This document shows, one piece after another, positions 1 to 9,237 of a stretch of DNA of 32,000 bases (positions within the stretch are counted from its first letter, which is position 1; each line of letters opens with the position of its first letter). This stretch comes from Prochlorococcus marinus subsp. pastoris str. CCMP1986 (GTDB taxonomy: Bacteria; Cyanobacteriota; Cyanobacteriia; PCC-6307; Cyanobiaceae): assembly GCF_000011465.1 (NCBI RefSeq), contig NC_005072.1, forward strand, positions 840,001 to 872,000, written 5' to 3'. The notes under the pieces are model-generated. The model was given only the letters and a program-made list of their open reading frames with translations, did no database searches and was not told the origin of the DNA. The position numbers were made by a program, and so were the translations under genes.

Positions 1-2
1 TA

Positions 3-917
3 GAAATAATTCCTTTAAGTATTCTTAATAGACCAAGAGTTGATGTTACTTTAAGAATCTCGGGTATGTTTAGGGATGCATTTCCTCAATTAATATCTTT
101 AGTTTACAAAGCTGTAAAATTAGTTTCTCAACTTGACGAAGATAAAAAATTAAATCCAATTTCAGCATCTTATAAAGACGGAGATTCTTTAAATCGAATT
201 TTTGGTTCTGCACCTGGATCATATGGAGCTGGATTGCAAGAACTTATATCTAATTCTAGTTGGGAAAATAAAAATGATTTTGCTGATTCTTATTTAAACT
301 GGAGTAAGTGGATATATTCTGATGGAAATGAACCTATCGAAAACAAAAAAGAATTAGAAAAAGCGCTTAAAAATATTCAAGTAGTTATTCATAATCAAGA
401 TAACAGAGAACATGATATTTTGGATTCTGATGATTATTATCAATTTCAAGGAGGAATATCATCAGCAATAAATAAACTACAAGGCAAATTTCCCGAAATA
501 TATCATGGTGATTTATCAAAATATCGTTTATCTAAAATAAATAAATTAAGCTATGAAATAAATAAGGTTATTAGGACAAGAGTGCTTAATCCAAAATGGA
601 TTGATGGAATGAAGGAAAACGGATATAAAGGTGCCTTTGAGTTTTCTGCAACGCTCGATTATTTATATGCTTATGATGCCACAACGGAAATCGTATCTGA
701 TTGGTGTTATACCCAAATATATAATTCTTGGATATGTAATGAGAAACTTAAAAAGTTTTTTATCGAGAATAATCCATGGGCCTTAAGAGATCTATCCCAA
801 AGATTTCTTGAGATTATTAATAGAGAAATGTGGAATGACCATACTCCAGAAATATTAGAAAATTTAAAAAAGATTGTTAATATGGCTGATGCCAACATTG
901 AGAAAAACGAATACTAG
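3..917 (+). CDS. cobN: Cobaltochelatase subunit CobN, C-terminal part (gene truncated by window start)
   Basis: The reading frame is open from the window edge (EIIPLSILNRPRVDVTLRISGMFRDAFPQLISL...). The RPRVDVTLRISGMFRDAFP and APGSYGAG motifs are typical of the CobN/BchH family. The ATG at 66 is internal. Confidence 0.9.
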   Translation, partial: EIIPLSILNRPRVDVTLRISGMFRDAFPQLISLVYKAVKLVSQLDEDKKLNPISASYKDGDSLNRIFGSAPGSYGAGLQELISNSSWENKNDFADSYLNWSKWIYSDGNEPIENKKELEKALKNIQVVIHNQDNREHDILDSDDYYQFQGGISSAINKLQGKFPEIYHGDLSKYRLSKINKLSYEINKVIRTRVLNPKWIDGMKENGYKGAFEFSATLDYLYAYDATTEIVSDWCYTQIYNSWICNEKLKKFFIENNPWALRDLSQRFLEIINREMWNDHTPEILENLKKIVNMADANIEKNEY

Positions 918-918
918 T

Positions 919-1566
919 TTATCTGCCCAATAATGAATATCCATGACTATCTGTTCCGCAGGTTTTAAGCATATTAAGGCTTTCTGTTATTTTATTTATC
1001 TCTGAACATACAAAATTACTTGGTTGCCATCTTTCTCTTAAATCATAATCGTACCAAACCTCAATCCCATCAACTCCCTGCTTATTAGCTTCAGGGATAA
1101 GTTTATAAAAGGGAATTCTGTACCTCGCTGGATGTGCAAGAAAAGATAACCCTCCTGATAATCTGATTGCTTTTGTTACCGAATTGATGTGTAAATCATT
1201 CCCAATTGGGGACTCACCTTGAATATAAGGTGTTAGATTTGTACTTTTTATATTAATTCCTAATCCAATAACGTGAACTAAGCATCCAAGAAGTAAACAA
1301 TTTATTTCAATTCCTGAAATTAGTTTAAAAGAATCAGTTGGATATTTTTCAAGTATATTATTTTGTTCAATAAAATCATGTGCTTTAACAGTGTGATGAT
1401 CTGTTATGGATATAAATTTTATTTTATTAATAAAGGCTTGATCTAATAATTGTTCTGGATCAAAGCTCCCATCACTAAATTTCGTATGACAATGAAAATT
1501 AACTAAGCCTGGACAGCTTTCTTTATTTATATTTGCTGTTATTTTTATTAAATCTTGCTTATCCAT
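919..1566 (-). CDS. PHP-domain metal-dependent phosphoesterase family protein
   Basis: N-terminal NFHCHTKFSDGSFDP and ISITDHHTV motifs and a late CGTDSHGYS motif match PHP-domain proteins. ATG start at 1566. Confidence 0.85.
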   Translation of the reverse strand: MDKQDLIKITANINKESCPGLVNFHCHTKFSDGSFDPEQLLDQAFINKIKFISITDHHTVKAHDFIEQNNILEKYPTDSFKLISGIEINCLLLGCLVHVIGLGINIKSTNLTPYIQGESPIGNDLHINSVTKAIRLSGGLSFLAHPARYRIPFYKLIPEANKQGVDGIEVWYDYDLRERWQPSNFVCSEINKITESLNMLKTCGTDSHGYSLLGR

Positions 1567-2158
1567 TCTTTAGAGATTCTTCATTTTTTTTTCTGATCTT
1601 TGCATATAACTGAATAGATAAAAGCATAAATATTATTAGTCCAAATACACTCCATGTCGCAATACTGGTGGGGAAATTATTTTTAAAAATAACTAATAGG
1701 ACAATTACAAATAACAATAATGTAGGAAGTTCATTTAGTAATCTAAGGTTTTTTGCAGATATTTTTGAAGTACCATTCTGTAAAGAGTTCATTATTTTAT
1801 AACAGTAAACATGATATATGACTAAGCCCAAAACAAAAGAAATTTTTATCTGAAGCCATTTTTCGCTGAGCCATCCAGGTTGCATAATTACTAAACAGAT
1901 AGCCATACTTAAAGCCAGTATCATTCCTGGAGTAGTAATAATATTTGCAAGCCTTTTTTCCATCAAGGAATATTGATCATTAAACGCAATCTTCAAATCA
2001 TCTTGCATGGTTCTTGACTCTTCATGATATATAAAAAGCCTAACTAAATAAAAAAGGCCAGAAAACCATACAATTACACCAATGATGTGAAGAGACTTAA
2101 ACCATAAATATGCTTCTGATGACAAATTAATAAAATATAATTCATAAACTATTACCAA
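1559..2158 (-). CDS. hemJ: HemJ/UPF0093-type membrane protein (probable protoporphyrinogen IX oxidase)
   Basis: AYLWFKSLHIIGVIVWFSGLFYLVRLFIYHEES resembles the HemJ N-terminus, and there are multiple hydrophobic segments. The predicted start is TTG. It overlaps the PHP gene by 8 nt. Confidence 0.85.
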   Translation of the reverse strand: MVIVYELYFINLSSEAYLWFKSLHIIGVIVWFSGLFYLVRLFIYHEESRTMQDDLKIAFNDQYSLMEKRLANIITTPGMILALSMAICLVIMQPGWLSEKWLQIKISFVLGLVIYHVYCYKIMNSLQNGTSKISAKNLRLLNELPTLLLFVIVLLVIFKNNFPTSIATWSVFGLIIFMLLSIQLYAKIRKKNEESLKNG

Positions 2159-2213
2159 TATAAATACTTATTTAATAGTGAATAATTTTAAATTTATAAA
2201 AATTAATCAATAT

Positions 2214-4184
2214 TTATAACTCATTAAAGTAATTATAAATATCATTTGCTGAATGCATACCAAGACCTTTAACTTTTGAAAGTTCTTCTCTGCTTGCAAT
2301 TCTAATTGCATCAATTGAATTGAAATGCTCAAGCAAATCTTTAATACGTGAAGGTCCTAAACCTGGTATTTGGGATAATTGAGATCTATTCATTCGAGCA
2401 GATCTTTTATTTCTATGAAATGATAATGCAAATCTATGTGCTTCATCTCTTACTCTTCGAAGTAATAGAAGTCCTTTTTGATTTTGATCAGTATCAAGAG
2501 ATTTTGAAAAACCTGGTATGAATATCTCTTCATTTTTTTTGGCTAAAGAACATATATTAACTTCTTCATGTAAATCTAATTGTGTTAATGCCTTCAATGC
2601 TGCATTTAATTGTCCTTTTCCGCCATCTATCATAATCAAATCTGGCCAATCCGTTAGAAGATCATTTTCTAATGTACTTTTTTTCTTATCTTGTAAGGAA
2701 CTAATGTCTCCACCATCAATTTTAAATTTTGACCATTTTTTAAATCTTCTGTATATAACCTCATAAATTGAGGCAAAATCATCACTATGCCCAATAAATA
2801 TATTCGGATCTTTAATCTTATATTTTCTATAATTTTGTTTGGATGGAATACCATCTATAAAGACTACTTGTGATGCTACAGGATCTGTTCCTTGTATATG
2901 ACTAATATCATATCCTTCAATTCTTCTAGGCTGGTTAGTTAATTCAAGTATTTGAGTCAAGTCTTCTATTGAAGATTCATTATCTTGAATTCCATTTAAT
3001 ATCCTCTCTAATTCTAATTTTGCATTTTTTAAAACCATTTCAACAGTTTCAAACTTTTTATTTCTTTTTGGGATAATTAACTTAACCTTTTTCTGCCTTA
3101 ATTCACTTAACCATTCTTCAATTGTATTATGTTTTGGAAGATTAAATTGCAATAAAATTTCTGATGGTATTTCAACTCCTTCAACATTAATGTAGTGCTC
3201 TTCTAATACTCTTTGTAGTATCTCTGTCTCATCACTATTATCAATTTTTTGAGTATATCCAATTCTTCCTATTAATTTACCAGACCTCATTTGAAAAATT
3301 TGAATACTAGAGATGTTATTTTCAGAAACAATGCCAAAAATATCTCTATTAATTGATGAGTCTGGTATCGATATTTTTTGAGATTCAGTTAATAATTTTA
3401 AACCTGAAATTTGATCTCTTATTTTAGCAGCATTTTCAAATTCTAAATCATTGGAATATTGATTCATTTTTCGTTCTAGAAAAACCTCTAGATCATCGTT
3501 CCTTCCTTGGAAAATCATAGATACTTGCTTCATAGTTTTTTTATAATCTTCTGAGGATATTATTTCTTGACAAACACCTGGACATCTCCCAATTGAATAA
3601 TTTAAGCAAGTTCTATCTTTATAAACAGGACGAGGTCTTTGTCTTAACGGAAATATTTTTTTTATTATGAATAATGTTTTTCTTAATAATCCAACATCAA
3701 CATAAGGTCCATAATATCTATCAAAATTATTTCTATTTCTCCTTTTTCTTGTTATAAAAATTCTTGGATATTGTTCGCTCCATGTAATGCAAAGATATGG
3801 ATATTTTTTATCATCTTTTAATAGAATATTAAAATAAGGTTTATTAGTTTTAATTAAATTTGATTCTAAATTTAAAGCTTCATACTCGCTATCTGTAACT
3901 ATAATTTCTATTTCAGTTATTTGTCTAACCATTAGACTTAATCTGGGTGACAGTTCAGCATAATTATTAAAGTAACTACTGACCCTATTTCTTAGTGTTT
4001 TAGATTTGCCTATATAAAGTAAATTATTATCAATATCTTTAAAAAGATAACAACCAGATGACTTTGGTATTTCAGATAATCTTGATTTTAATAAGTCCTT
4101 ATTTTTAATAAGTTTATATTCAATTTTAAAATTATATTTTTTATCCAATACTTTAGTAGAAACTTTTGTTGAAGGATTAATCAT
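2214..4184 (-). CDS. uvrC: Excinuclease ABC subunit C
   Basis: 656 aa. GIY-YIG N-terminus (PKSSGCYLFKDIDNNLLYIGKSKTLRNRVSSYF), UVR-motif region, and RNase H-like region (DLIMIDGGKGQLNAA...FALSFHRNKRS) with a C-terminal helix-hairpin-helix. Confidence 0.97.
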   Translation of the reverse strand: MINPSTKVSTKVLDKKYNFKIEYKLIKNKDLLKSRLSEIPKSSGCYLFKDIDNNLLYIGKSKTLRNRVSSYFNNYAELSPRLSLMVRQITEIEIIVTDSEYEALNLESNLIKTNKPYFNILLKDDKKYPYLCITWSEQYPRIFITRKRRNRNNFDRYYGPYVDVGLLRKTLFIIKKIFPLRQRPRPVYKDRTCLNYSIGRCPGVCQEIISSEDYKKTMKQVSMIFQGRNDDLEVFLERKMNQYSNDLEFENAAKIRDQISGLKLLTESQKISIPDSSINRDIFGIVSENNISSIQIFQMRSGKLIGRIGYTQKIDNSDETEILQRVLEEHYINVEGVEIPSEILLQFNLPKHNTIEEWLSELRQKKVKLIIPKRNKKFETVEMVLKNAKLELERILNGIQDNESSIEDLTQILELTNQPRRIEGYDISHIQGTDPVASQVVFIDGIPSKQNYRKYKIKDPNIFIGHSDDFASIYEVIYRRFKKWSKFKIDGGDISSLQDKKKSTLENDLLTDWPDLIMIDGGKGQLNAALKALTQLDLHEEVNICSLAKKNEEIFIPGFSKSLDTDQNQKGLLLLRRVRDEAHRFALSFHRNKRSARMNRSQLSQIPGLGPSRIKDLLEHFNSIDAIRIASREELSKVKGLGMHSANDIYNYFNEL

Positions 4185-4193
4185 CTATAATTT

Positions 4194-4682
4194 CTAACCT
4201 CCGTAGTTCCATCCCGTAGAATTTAAATTTAACGAATCAACATCATTATTTAAATAAGCAGATAAAACTTCACCAACAAAAACTGTATGATCACCATACA
4301 TAACATTTCCTACAACCTTACATTCGACACCACCAACACTATCAACTAATATTGGTAATCCAAATTCTCCCAAATTAAATTCGACAGATTCAAATCTTCC
4401 TCCAAGGGCTTTTTGTGGTTTAAAAAAGACGGCTGCTAAATCCTTTTGATCACTTTTCAGAACATTTAAAGAAAACGTTCCAGTATTTTTAATTATTTCA
4501 TGACTGGATCCTTCAGCTCTTACTGCCATAACAACTAGGGGAGGGGTAAAGGAACCTTGTGTAACCCAGCTAGCAGTAAAGCCATTTACTTCATTAGTCT
4601 CATCATCTTTCACTCCGCAAATAAACAATCCATGTGGAATTTTTCTTAATAAGATTTTTTTTGCTTCAAGATTTAATGTCAT
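4194..4682 (-). CDS. Flavin reductase-like domain protein (FMN-binding split barrel)
   Basis: LLRKIPHGLFICGVKDDE...NGFTASWVTQGSFTPPLVVMAVR...NTGTFSLNVL is typical of the flavin reductase-like domain. The ORF track starts at a TTG at 4715, but the internal ATG at 4682 (MTLNLEAKK) is the more likely start. Confidence 0.8.
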   Translation of the reverse strand: MTLNLEAKKILLRKIPHGLFICGVKDDETNEVNGFTASWVTQGSFTPPLVVMAVRAEGSSHEIIKNTGTFSLNVLKSDQKDLAAVFFKPQKALGGRFESVEFNLGEFGLPILVDSVGGVECKVVGNVMYGDHTVFVGEVLSAYLNNDVDSLNLNSTGWNYGG

Positions 4683-4741
4683 AATTGATTTAACTAATAT
4701 ACATATTTTAACCAAATATTATTTCTAATCATAATTAAATT

Positions 4742-5221
4742 ATGAAAATACTTTACCCAGGTACATTTGATCCTTTAACAAATGGACATCTAGATTTAAT
4801 ACAAAGAGCTGAAAAATTATTTGGAAATGTAGTTGTTGCTGTTCTAGAAAATACTAGTAAAAAACCAACCTTTAATCTTAATAAAAGATTAGTACAAATA
4901 AAAAATGCTGTATCTCATCTATCAAATATCAGTGTTATTTCCTATGAGGGTCTCACAGTCGATTGTGCAAAAGAAGTTAACGCAAATTTAATATTAAGAG
5001 GGCTAAGAGCTATGAGTGATTTTGAATATGAACTTCAAATAGCACATACAAATAAATCTCTTAATACTGAAATAGAAACCATTTTTCTTTCTACTAATAC
5101 AAACTATAGTTTTTTAAGTAGTTCCTTGGTTAAAGAGGTTGCTAAATTTGGAGGTGAAATAGATCACATGGTACCTGATTCCGTAGAAAGAGATCTAAAG
5201 AATTATTTTAAAAAAGATTAA
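4742..5221 (+). CDS. coaD: Phosphopantetheine adenylyltransferase
   Basis: 159 aa. [48 protein letters not shown] and [15 protein letters not shown] are diagnostic CoaD motifs. Confidence 0.97.
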   Translation: MKILYPGTFDPLTNGHLDLIQRAEKLFGNVVVAVLENTSKKPTFNLNKRLVQIKNAVSHLSNISVISYEGLTVDCAKEVNANLILRGLRAMSDFEYELQIAHTNKSLNTEIETIFLSTNTNYSFLSSSLVKEVAKFGGEIDHMVPDSVERDLKNYFKKD

Positions 5222-6447
5222 ACACATTCTTCCAATTTATATATGTTTTTTAACAGGGTAAATGTCTTATCCCTATCTATATTTTCTGAGTTTTGGATAA
5301 TACTTATAACTATAGGTTTCTCATCCTTATATAGATATCCTGATAACGCAAATACATTTGATAGAGTACCTGTTTTCCCAAAAAACTTACCTTGTAATTC
5401 TGAGTTTATAAATCTCTTAGCTAAAGTTCCTCTAACCCCAACAATTGATAGTGAAGACTTGAAGGTACTAAAGTTTTTTGCATATTTCATCTTATTCAAA
5501 AATTCTGATATTAATTTTGTTGTCACTCTATTGTTTCTAGAAAGACCACTTGCATCTGAAAAAGTCAAATTATCAACTTTTAAACCTCTGTTTTTCAACC
5601 AATATTTTAATGTAATATACTCATTCTCATTCCAAGAATTTGATGCATTTTTAAAAAGTGATTCTGCCGTGAAGTTATGACTTTCGGAATTTGCTAATGT
5701 TATCAACGACAATAGTGGATTAGAAGTAATTGTATCCAATTCAATATATGAATTCAAATAATATTTTTCAGAATTATCTACAATGTCTATATTTATTGAT
5801 GCATATGGGAATTTTTTAAAAATATAATTTTCTATAGTCTTTTTTAAGTATTCAATATTTTCATATTTACTCTCATTGCTATTTAATGCCAAGGTTGTAA
5901 TAGGAGCTCCGTAATCGTATTGCTTATCAATATTTGTCCAACCTTTTGGCCAATAATATTTAGAATCTATTTCTAAGATATTTAAATTGATTTTATTACT
6001 GTAAGTGATATTAGATAGTAATTTATAAATATCAGAATAGTTAAGATCTGGATCTCCTTGACCTAATAAATAATATTTATCATTACCCTTTCTAAATATT
6101 GACGTTTGAAAACTTCTTGAGGGTTTGAATTTATTTAATACATATGCTGTGCTAAATAACTTTAAATTTGAAGCTGGTATTCTTAACATATCATCATTAT
6201 ATGAACTTATAAGAACACCATTCTCATTAATAATGGATACGCTAAAAGTCTTATCAAGCGATTTAAATAATAATTCATCATACTTTATACACTTTTTGTT
6301 ATTCCTAATTATTGCTGGAGAATTAAAATATATGTTATTTAATAATTTACTTTTTTGAGTATTTAATAAATTCCATATTAAAAGGGGAAAACTTAATAAG
6401 CCAAAAATTAAAATTATATAAAAATAAAATTTTCTAAAAACTTTCAA
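5218..6447 (-). CDS. dacB: D-alanyl-D-alanine carboxypeptidase / PBP4 (peptidase S13) family
   Basis: 409 aa. N-terminal hydrophobic signal or anchor; SxxK (PASNLKL), SxN (SESHN) and KTG (GKTGTLSN) motifs in the expected order. Confidence 0.85.
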   Translation of the reverse strand: MKVFRKFYFYIILIFGLLSFPLLIWNLLNTQKSKLLNNIYFNSPAIIRNNKKCIKYDELLFKSLDKTFSVSIINENGVLISSYNDDMLRIPASNLKLFSTAYVLNKFKPSRSFQTSIFRKGNDKYYLLGQGDPDLNYSDIYKLLSNITYSNKINLNILEIDSKYYWPKGWTNIDKQYDYGAPITTLALNSNESKYENIEYLKKTIENYIFKKFPYASINIDIVDNSEKYYLNSYIELDTITSNPLLSLITLANSESHNFTAESLFKNASNSWNENEYITLKYWLKNRGLKVDNLTFSDASGLSRNNRVTTKLISEFLNKMKYAKNFSTFKSSLSIVGVRGTLAKRFINSELQGKFFGKTGTLSNVFALSGYLYKDEKPIVISIIQNSENIDRDKTFTLLKNIYKLEECV

Positions 6448-6449
6448 AA

Positions 6450-7097
6450 CTATAAATTTACAAAAATAGTTTCATTATCAGGTCTCTCTTCAAATTCTTT
6501 TTTAAATAAATATCTTTTATTAATTTCTTTAAAAAGTAACCAATTATTTGGATAAGAATGCATTAATGCACCATTATCAATTGGTTGAAGAAAGTAAACG
6601 TTATACCAAGTTTTTACAAAGTTTTTTCTTCTTTCTCTTATTACACTTCCTATCCCAATATTTGCATCTTCAAATTTTGGATTTAAAGAATAATGCAAAC
6701 CTTTAAAGTTATCACACATTGGTTCGAATGTATCAAAATCGTAAGGTTGAGGAAGTATCGATATCAAGATTGATTCATCTTTATCGACATAAATGGATTC
6801 ATTAAAACCTTTAAATGTAAAAATATTTTCTTTAATATCTGGATAATCCCTCTGAGCCAAAGCTACAGCTCCTGGATCAGAATAAGTAATAAAAACATTT
6901 TTTTTTATTTTTTTATTATTATAATAATTTGCAAGAATCTTATAAATAGTTATACCTATTTTATTAAATTTCAATCCCTCGAAATTAAATTCAACAGTAA
7001 ATCGAAAACTTGATAGTTTTAAACTAGAGATTATTGAATTTTCAAGATTTTTTAAGGCATCATTAAGATCCTTAGGTAACACATAAATAGTATTCAT
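6450..7097 (-). CDS. DUF1995-type protein conserved in cyanobacteria and plastids
   Basis: LPKDLNDALKNLENSI, VFITYSDPGAVALA and W-rich C-terminal region (WYNVYFLQPIDNGALMHSYPNNWLLFKE). ATG at 7097 preferred over the TTG at 7115 in the ORF track. Confidence 0.65.
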   Translation of the reverse strand: MNTIYVLPKDLNDALKNLENSIISSLKLSSFRFTVEFNFEGLKFNKIGITIYKILANYYNNKKIKKNVFITYSDPGAVALAQRDYPDIKENIFTFKGFNESIYVDKDESILISILPQPYDFDTFEPMCDNFKGLHYSLNPKFEDANIGIGSVIRERRKNFVKTWYNVYFLQPIDNGALMHSYPNNWLLFKEINKRYLFKKEFEERPDNETIFVNL

Positions 7098-8269
7098 TAG
7101 AATTTTTTTATACAAATTTGAATTAGTTTAAATAATCTATCTATATCAGACTTCTTATTCATAGATCCTAAACTAACACGAATGTTTGAATAAAGTTGAT
7201 TACTATCATATCCCATATTTTCAAGAGTAAGACTATGTTTTCCTGAGGAGCTAGAACATGCACTACCACTACTTATAGCTACATTATTATCAGACATATA
7301 ATTAATAACTTTATAAGCTTTTATTGGTTCTAATTTCTTATTAAATAAAAGAAATGATATGTGATTTGGAAGTCTTTCAGTACTACTACCTGTAATTTTA
7401 ATATTTGGATTATTAGTTATTTTATTTATAAAATATTTACTAAGCAGTACTTTTTTATTATTTTCGAACTCGGCATTATACGAATTGAATTTAATTCTTC
7501 CCTTAATATTTTTTATTGACTGATACATTCCGGCTATTAATGGCAAAGGAGTTGTTCCTTGTCTTATTGAATATTCTTGAGAAAGTGAAATATCATTATT
7601 TTTTAATAACAATCTAGATTTTGAATTCGTCAATAGCAATCCTATGCCTTTAGGACCCCCAAATTTATGTGCGGATAAACTTAATAGATCACAGTTAAGT
7701 TCTTTCCAATTAAAAATACCGTTATTTAATATCTGTGTCCCATCGATATGAAATAAAATATCAAATTCCTTGCATTTAGTTCCAACTAATTGGACAGGTT
7801 GTAAAGTGCCTACTTCACTCTGACCCCAAATAAGCGAAACAAGATTTGTGTTATTTTTAATTACTTCATTAATGTTTGATATATTTATAATTCCATCTCT
7901 ATTAACTGGCCATTTATAGATTTCCCACCCTTTTCTTTTTAGCTTATTTGCTGAAATTATTGTGGCTTGATGTTCAACATTAGAGATAACAACTCTTCCA
8001 CACTTATATTTATCACTAAGATTACTAAATACTAATGATGTCGATTCTGAAGAGCCTGATGTAAAAACAATATCTTCGGTATTTGCATTTAAAATCTTTG
8101 CTATTTTAAGTCTTATTTTCTCTAAGTATGTCGCACATCTAATTCCATATTTATAAGTTGAGGATGAATTACTCCAATAGTTTTTGTATGTAGAATTTAT
8201 TTTATTTAATACATTCTTAGATAATGGAGTAGTAGATGCATTATCAAGATAAATATACTTATTGTCCAT
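7097..8269 (-). CDS. Cysteine desulfurase (NifS/IscS-like aminotransferase class V)
   Basis: 390 aa. YLDNASTTPLS, VFTSGSSESTSLV, SLSAHKFGGPKGIGLLL (PLP lysine) and ISSGSACSSSSGKH (active-site Cys loop). Confidence 0.93.
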   Translation of the reverse strand: MDNKYIYLDNASTTPLSKNVLNKINSTYKNYWSNSSSTYKYGIRCATYLEKIRLKIAKILNANTEDIVFTSGSSESTSLVFSNLSDKYKCGRVVISNVEHQATIISANKLKRKGWEIYKWPVNRDGIINISNINEVIKNNTNLVSLIWGQSEVGTLQPVQLVGTKCKEFDILFHIDGTQILNNGIFNWKELNCDLLSLSAHKFGGPKGIGLLLTNSKSRLLLKNNDISLSQEYSIRQGTTPLPLIAGMYQSIKNIKGRIKFNSYNAEFENNKKVLLSKYFINKITNNPNIKITGSSTERLPNHISFLLFNKKLEPIKAYKVINYMSDNNVAISSGSACSSSSGKHSLTLENMGYDSNQLYSNIRVSLGSMNKKSDIDRLFKLIQICIKKF

Positions 8270-9130
8270 CTACTTTAGAATATATGTTCCAGAAAAAACT
8301 TTTTTTGCATTACCAGTCATCAAAATTTCATCTTCTGATCTAGACCAATTAATTATAAGATTACCTCCTGGTAGATTTATTACTGTTTTTGAATTACATA
8401 AACCTAGTTTGTATGCTGCCACATGTACAGCACAAGCTCCTGTTCCACAAGCTAATGTTGCTCCTGCTCCTCTTTCCCATACACGTACGTTAATATTATC
8501 TCTATTTATTATTTGGGAAAAATGAACATTTGTTTTTTCAGGAAATAATTCATGTTTTTCAAACACTGGACCTAATAGTGAAAGTGATATTTTAGTGATA
8601 TCTTGAAGAAAAAATATCAAATGTGGATTTCCCATCCCCACGGCATATCCCTGTTGTTCAAAATTCTTTTCTTTAAAGAGGCATGAAGGAATTGAATTGA
8701 TTTTTGTATCTATTTTTGTTGGAATGGATTTAGTTTCTAATATTGGTTTTCCCATTTTTACAGTAATTTCGCCATTATTATATTGAGCAATTTTTATACC
8801 AGCTTTTGTTTCGATCCTATATTCAGAAACGCTATAAGAACCTTTATTGAAATTGTGTAGATATTGAACTAAACACCTGATACCATTTCCACACATTTGT
8901 GCCTCCGAACCATCTGAATTATAGATAATCATCTTTGCGTAATTATTTCTATCAGGTTCCAATATGAAAATTACGCCATCACCACCTATACCAAATTGTC
9001 GATCACATAAATTTTTTATATCGATTTTTTTATCAGATAGAAATTTTTTGTAAATATTACTATTTCTGGAATCAATTATTATAAAATCATTGCCATTACC
9101 ATGATATTTTTCAAATATTATATTGTTCAT
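8270..9130 (-). CDS. dapF: Diaminopimelate epimerase
   Basis: 286 aa. FEKYHGNGNDFIIID, NSDGSEAQMCGNGIRC and GAGATLACGTGACA carry the two catalytic Cys motifs. Confidence 0.97.
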   Translation of the reverse strand: MNNIIFEKYHGNGNDFIIIDSRNSNIYKKFLSDKKIDIKNLCDRQFGIGGDGVIFILEPDRNNYAKMIIYNSDGSEAQMCGNGIRCLVQYLHNFNKGSYSVSEYRIETKAGIKIAQYNNGEITVKMGKPILETKSIPTKIDTKINSIPSCLFKEKNFEQQGYAVGMGNPHLIFFLQDITKISLSLLGPVFEKHELFPEKTNVHFSQIINRDNINVRVWERGAGATLACGTGACAVHVAAYKLGLCNSKTVINLPGGNLIINWSRSEDEILMTGNAKKVFSGTYILK

Positions 9131-9237
9131 TTAATAATATCTATCTAATAAATTTTAATTATAAAATAAAGCTTTTAACAATCTATTTCTTTTTATAGAA
9201 TCAATATTAAAATAAAATTTTACTAAATCTAAAATAA

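Noticed and set aside
707-898. Short antisense ORF (63 aa) inside cobN
   Set aside because: It lies fully opposite a strongly supported coding region and has no recognisable motif or start context. AT-rich DNA produces many such ORFs.
2518-2854. ORFs 2518..2766 and 2669..2854 (+) inside uvrC
   Set aside because: Both are antisense to conserved UvrC sequence, with no family resemblance.
5243-6358. ORFs 5243..5680 (145 aa) and 6125..6358 (+) opposite dacB
   Set aside because: The 145 aa ORF is the longest shadow ORF, but it mirrors the dacB frame and shows no domain. The dacB frame has the SxxK, SxN and KTG motifs.
8262-8525. ORF 8262..8525 (+) opposite dapF
   Set aside because: It overlaps the catalytic Cys region of dapF in antisense; its Ala/Pro-rich peptide is an artefact of the GAGATLACGTGA codons.
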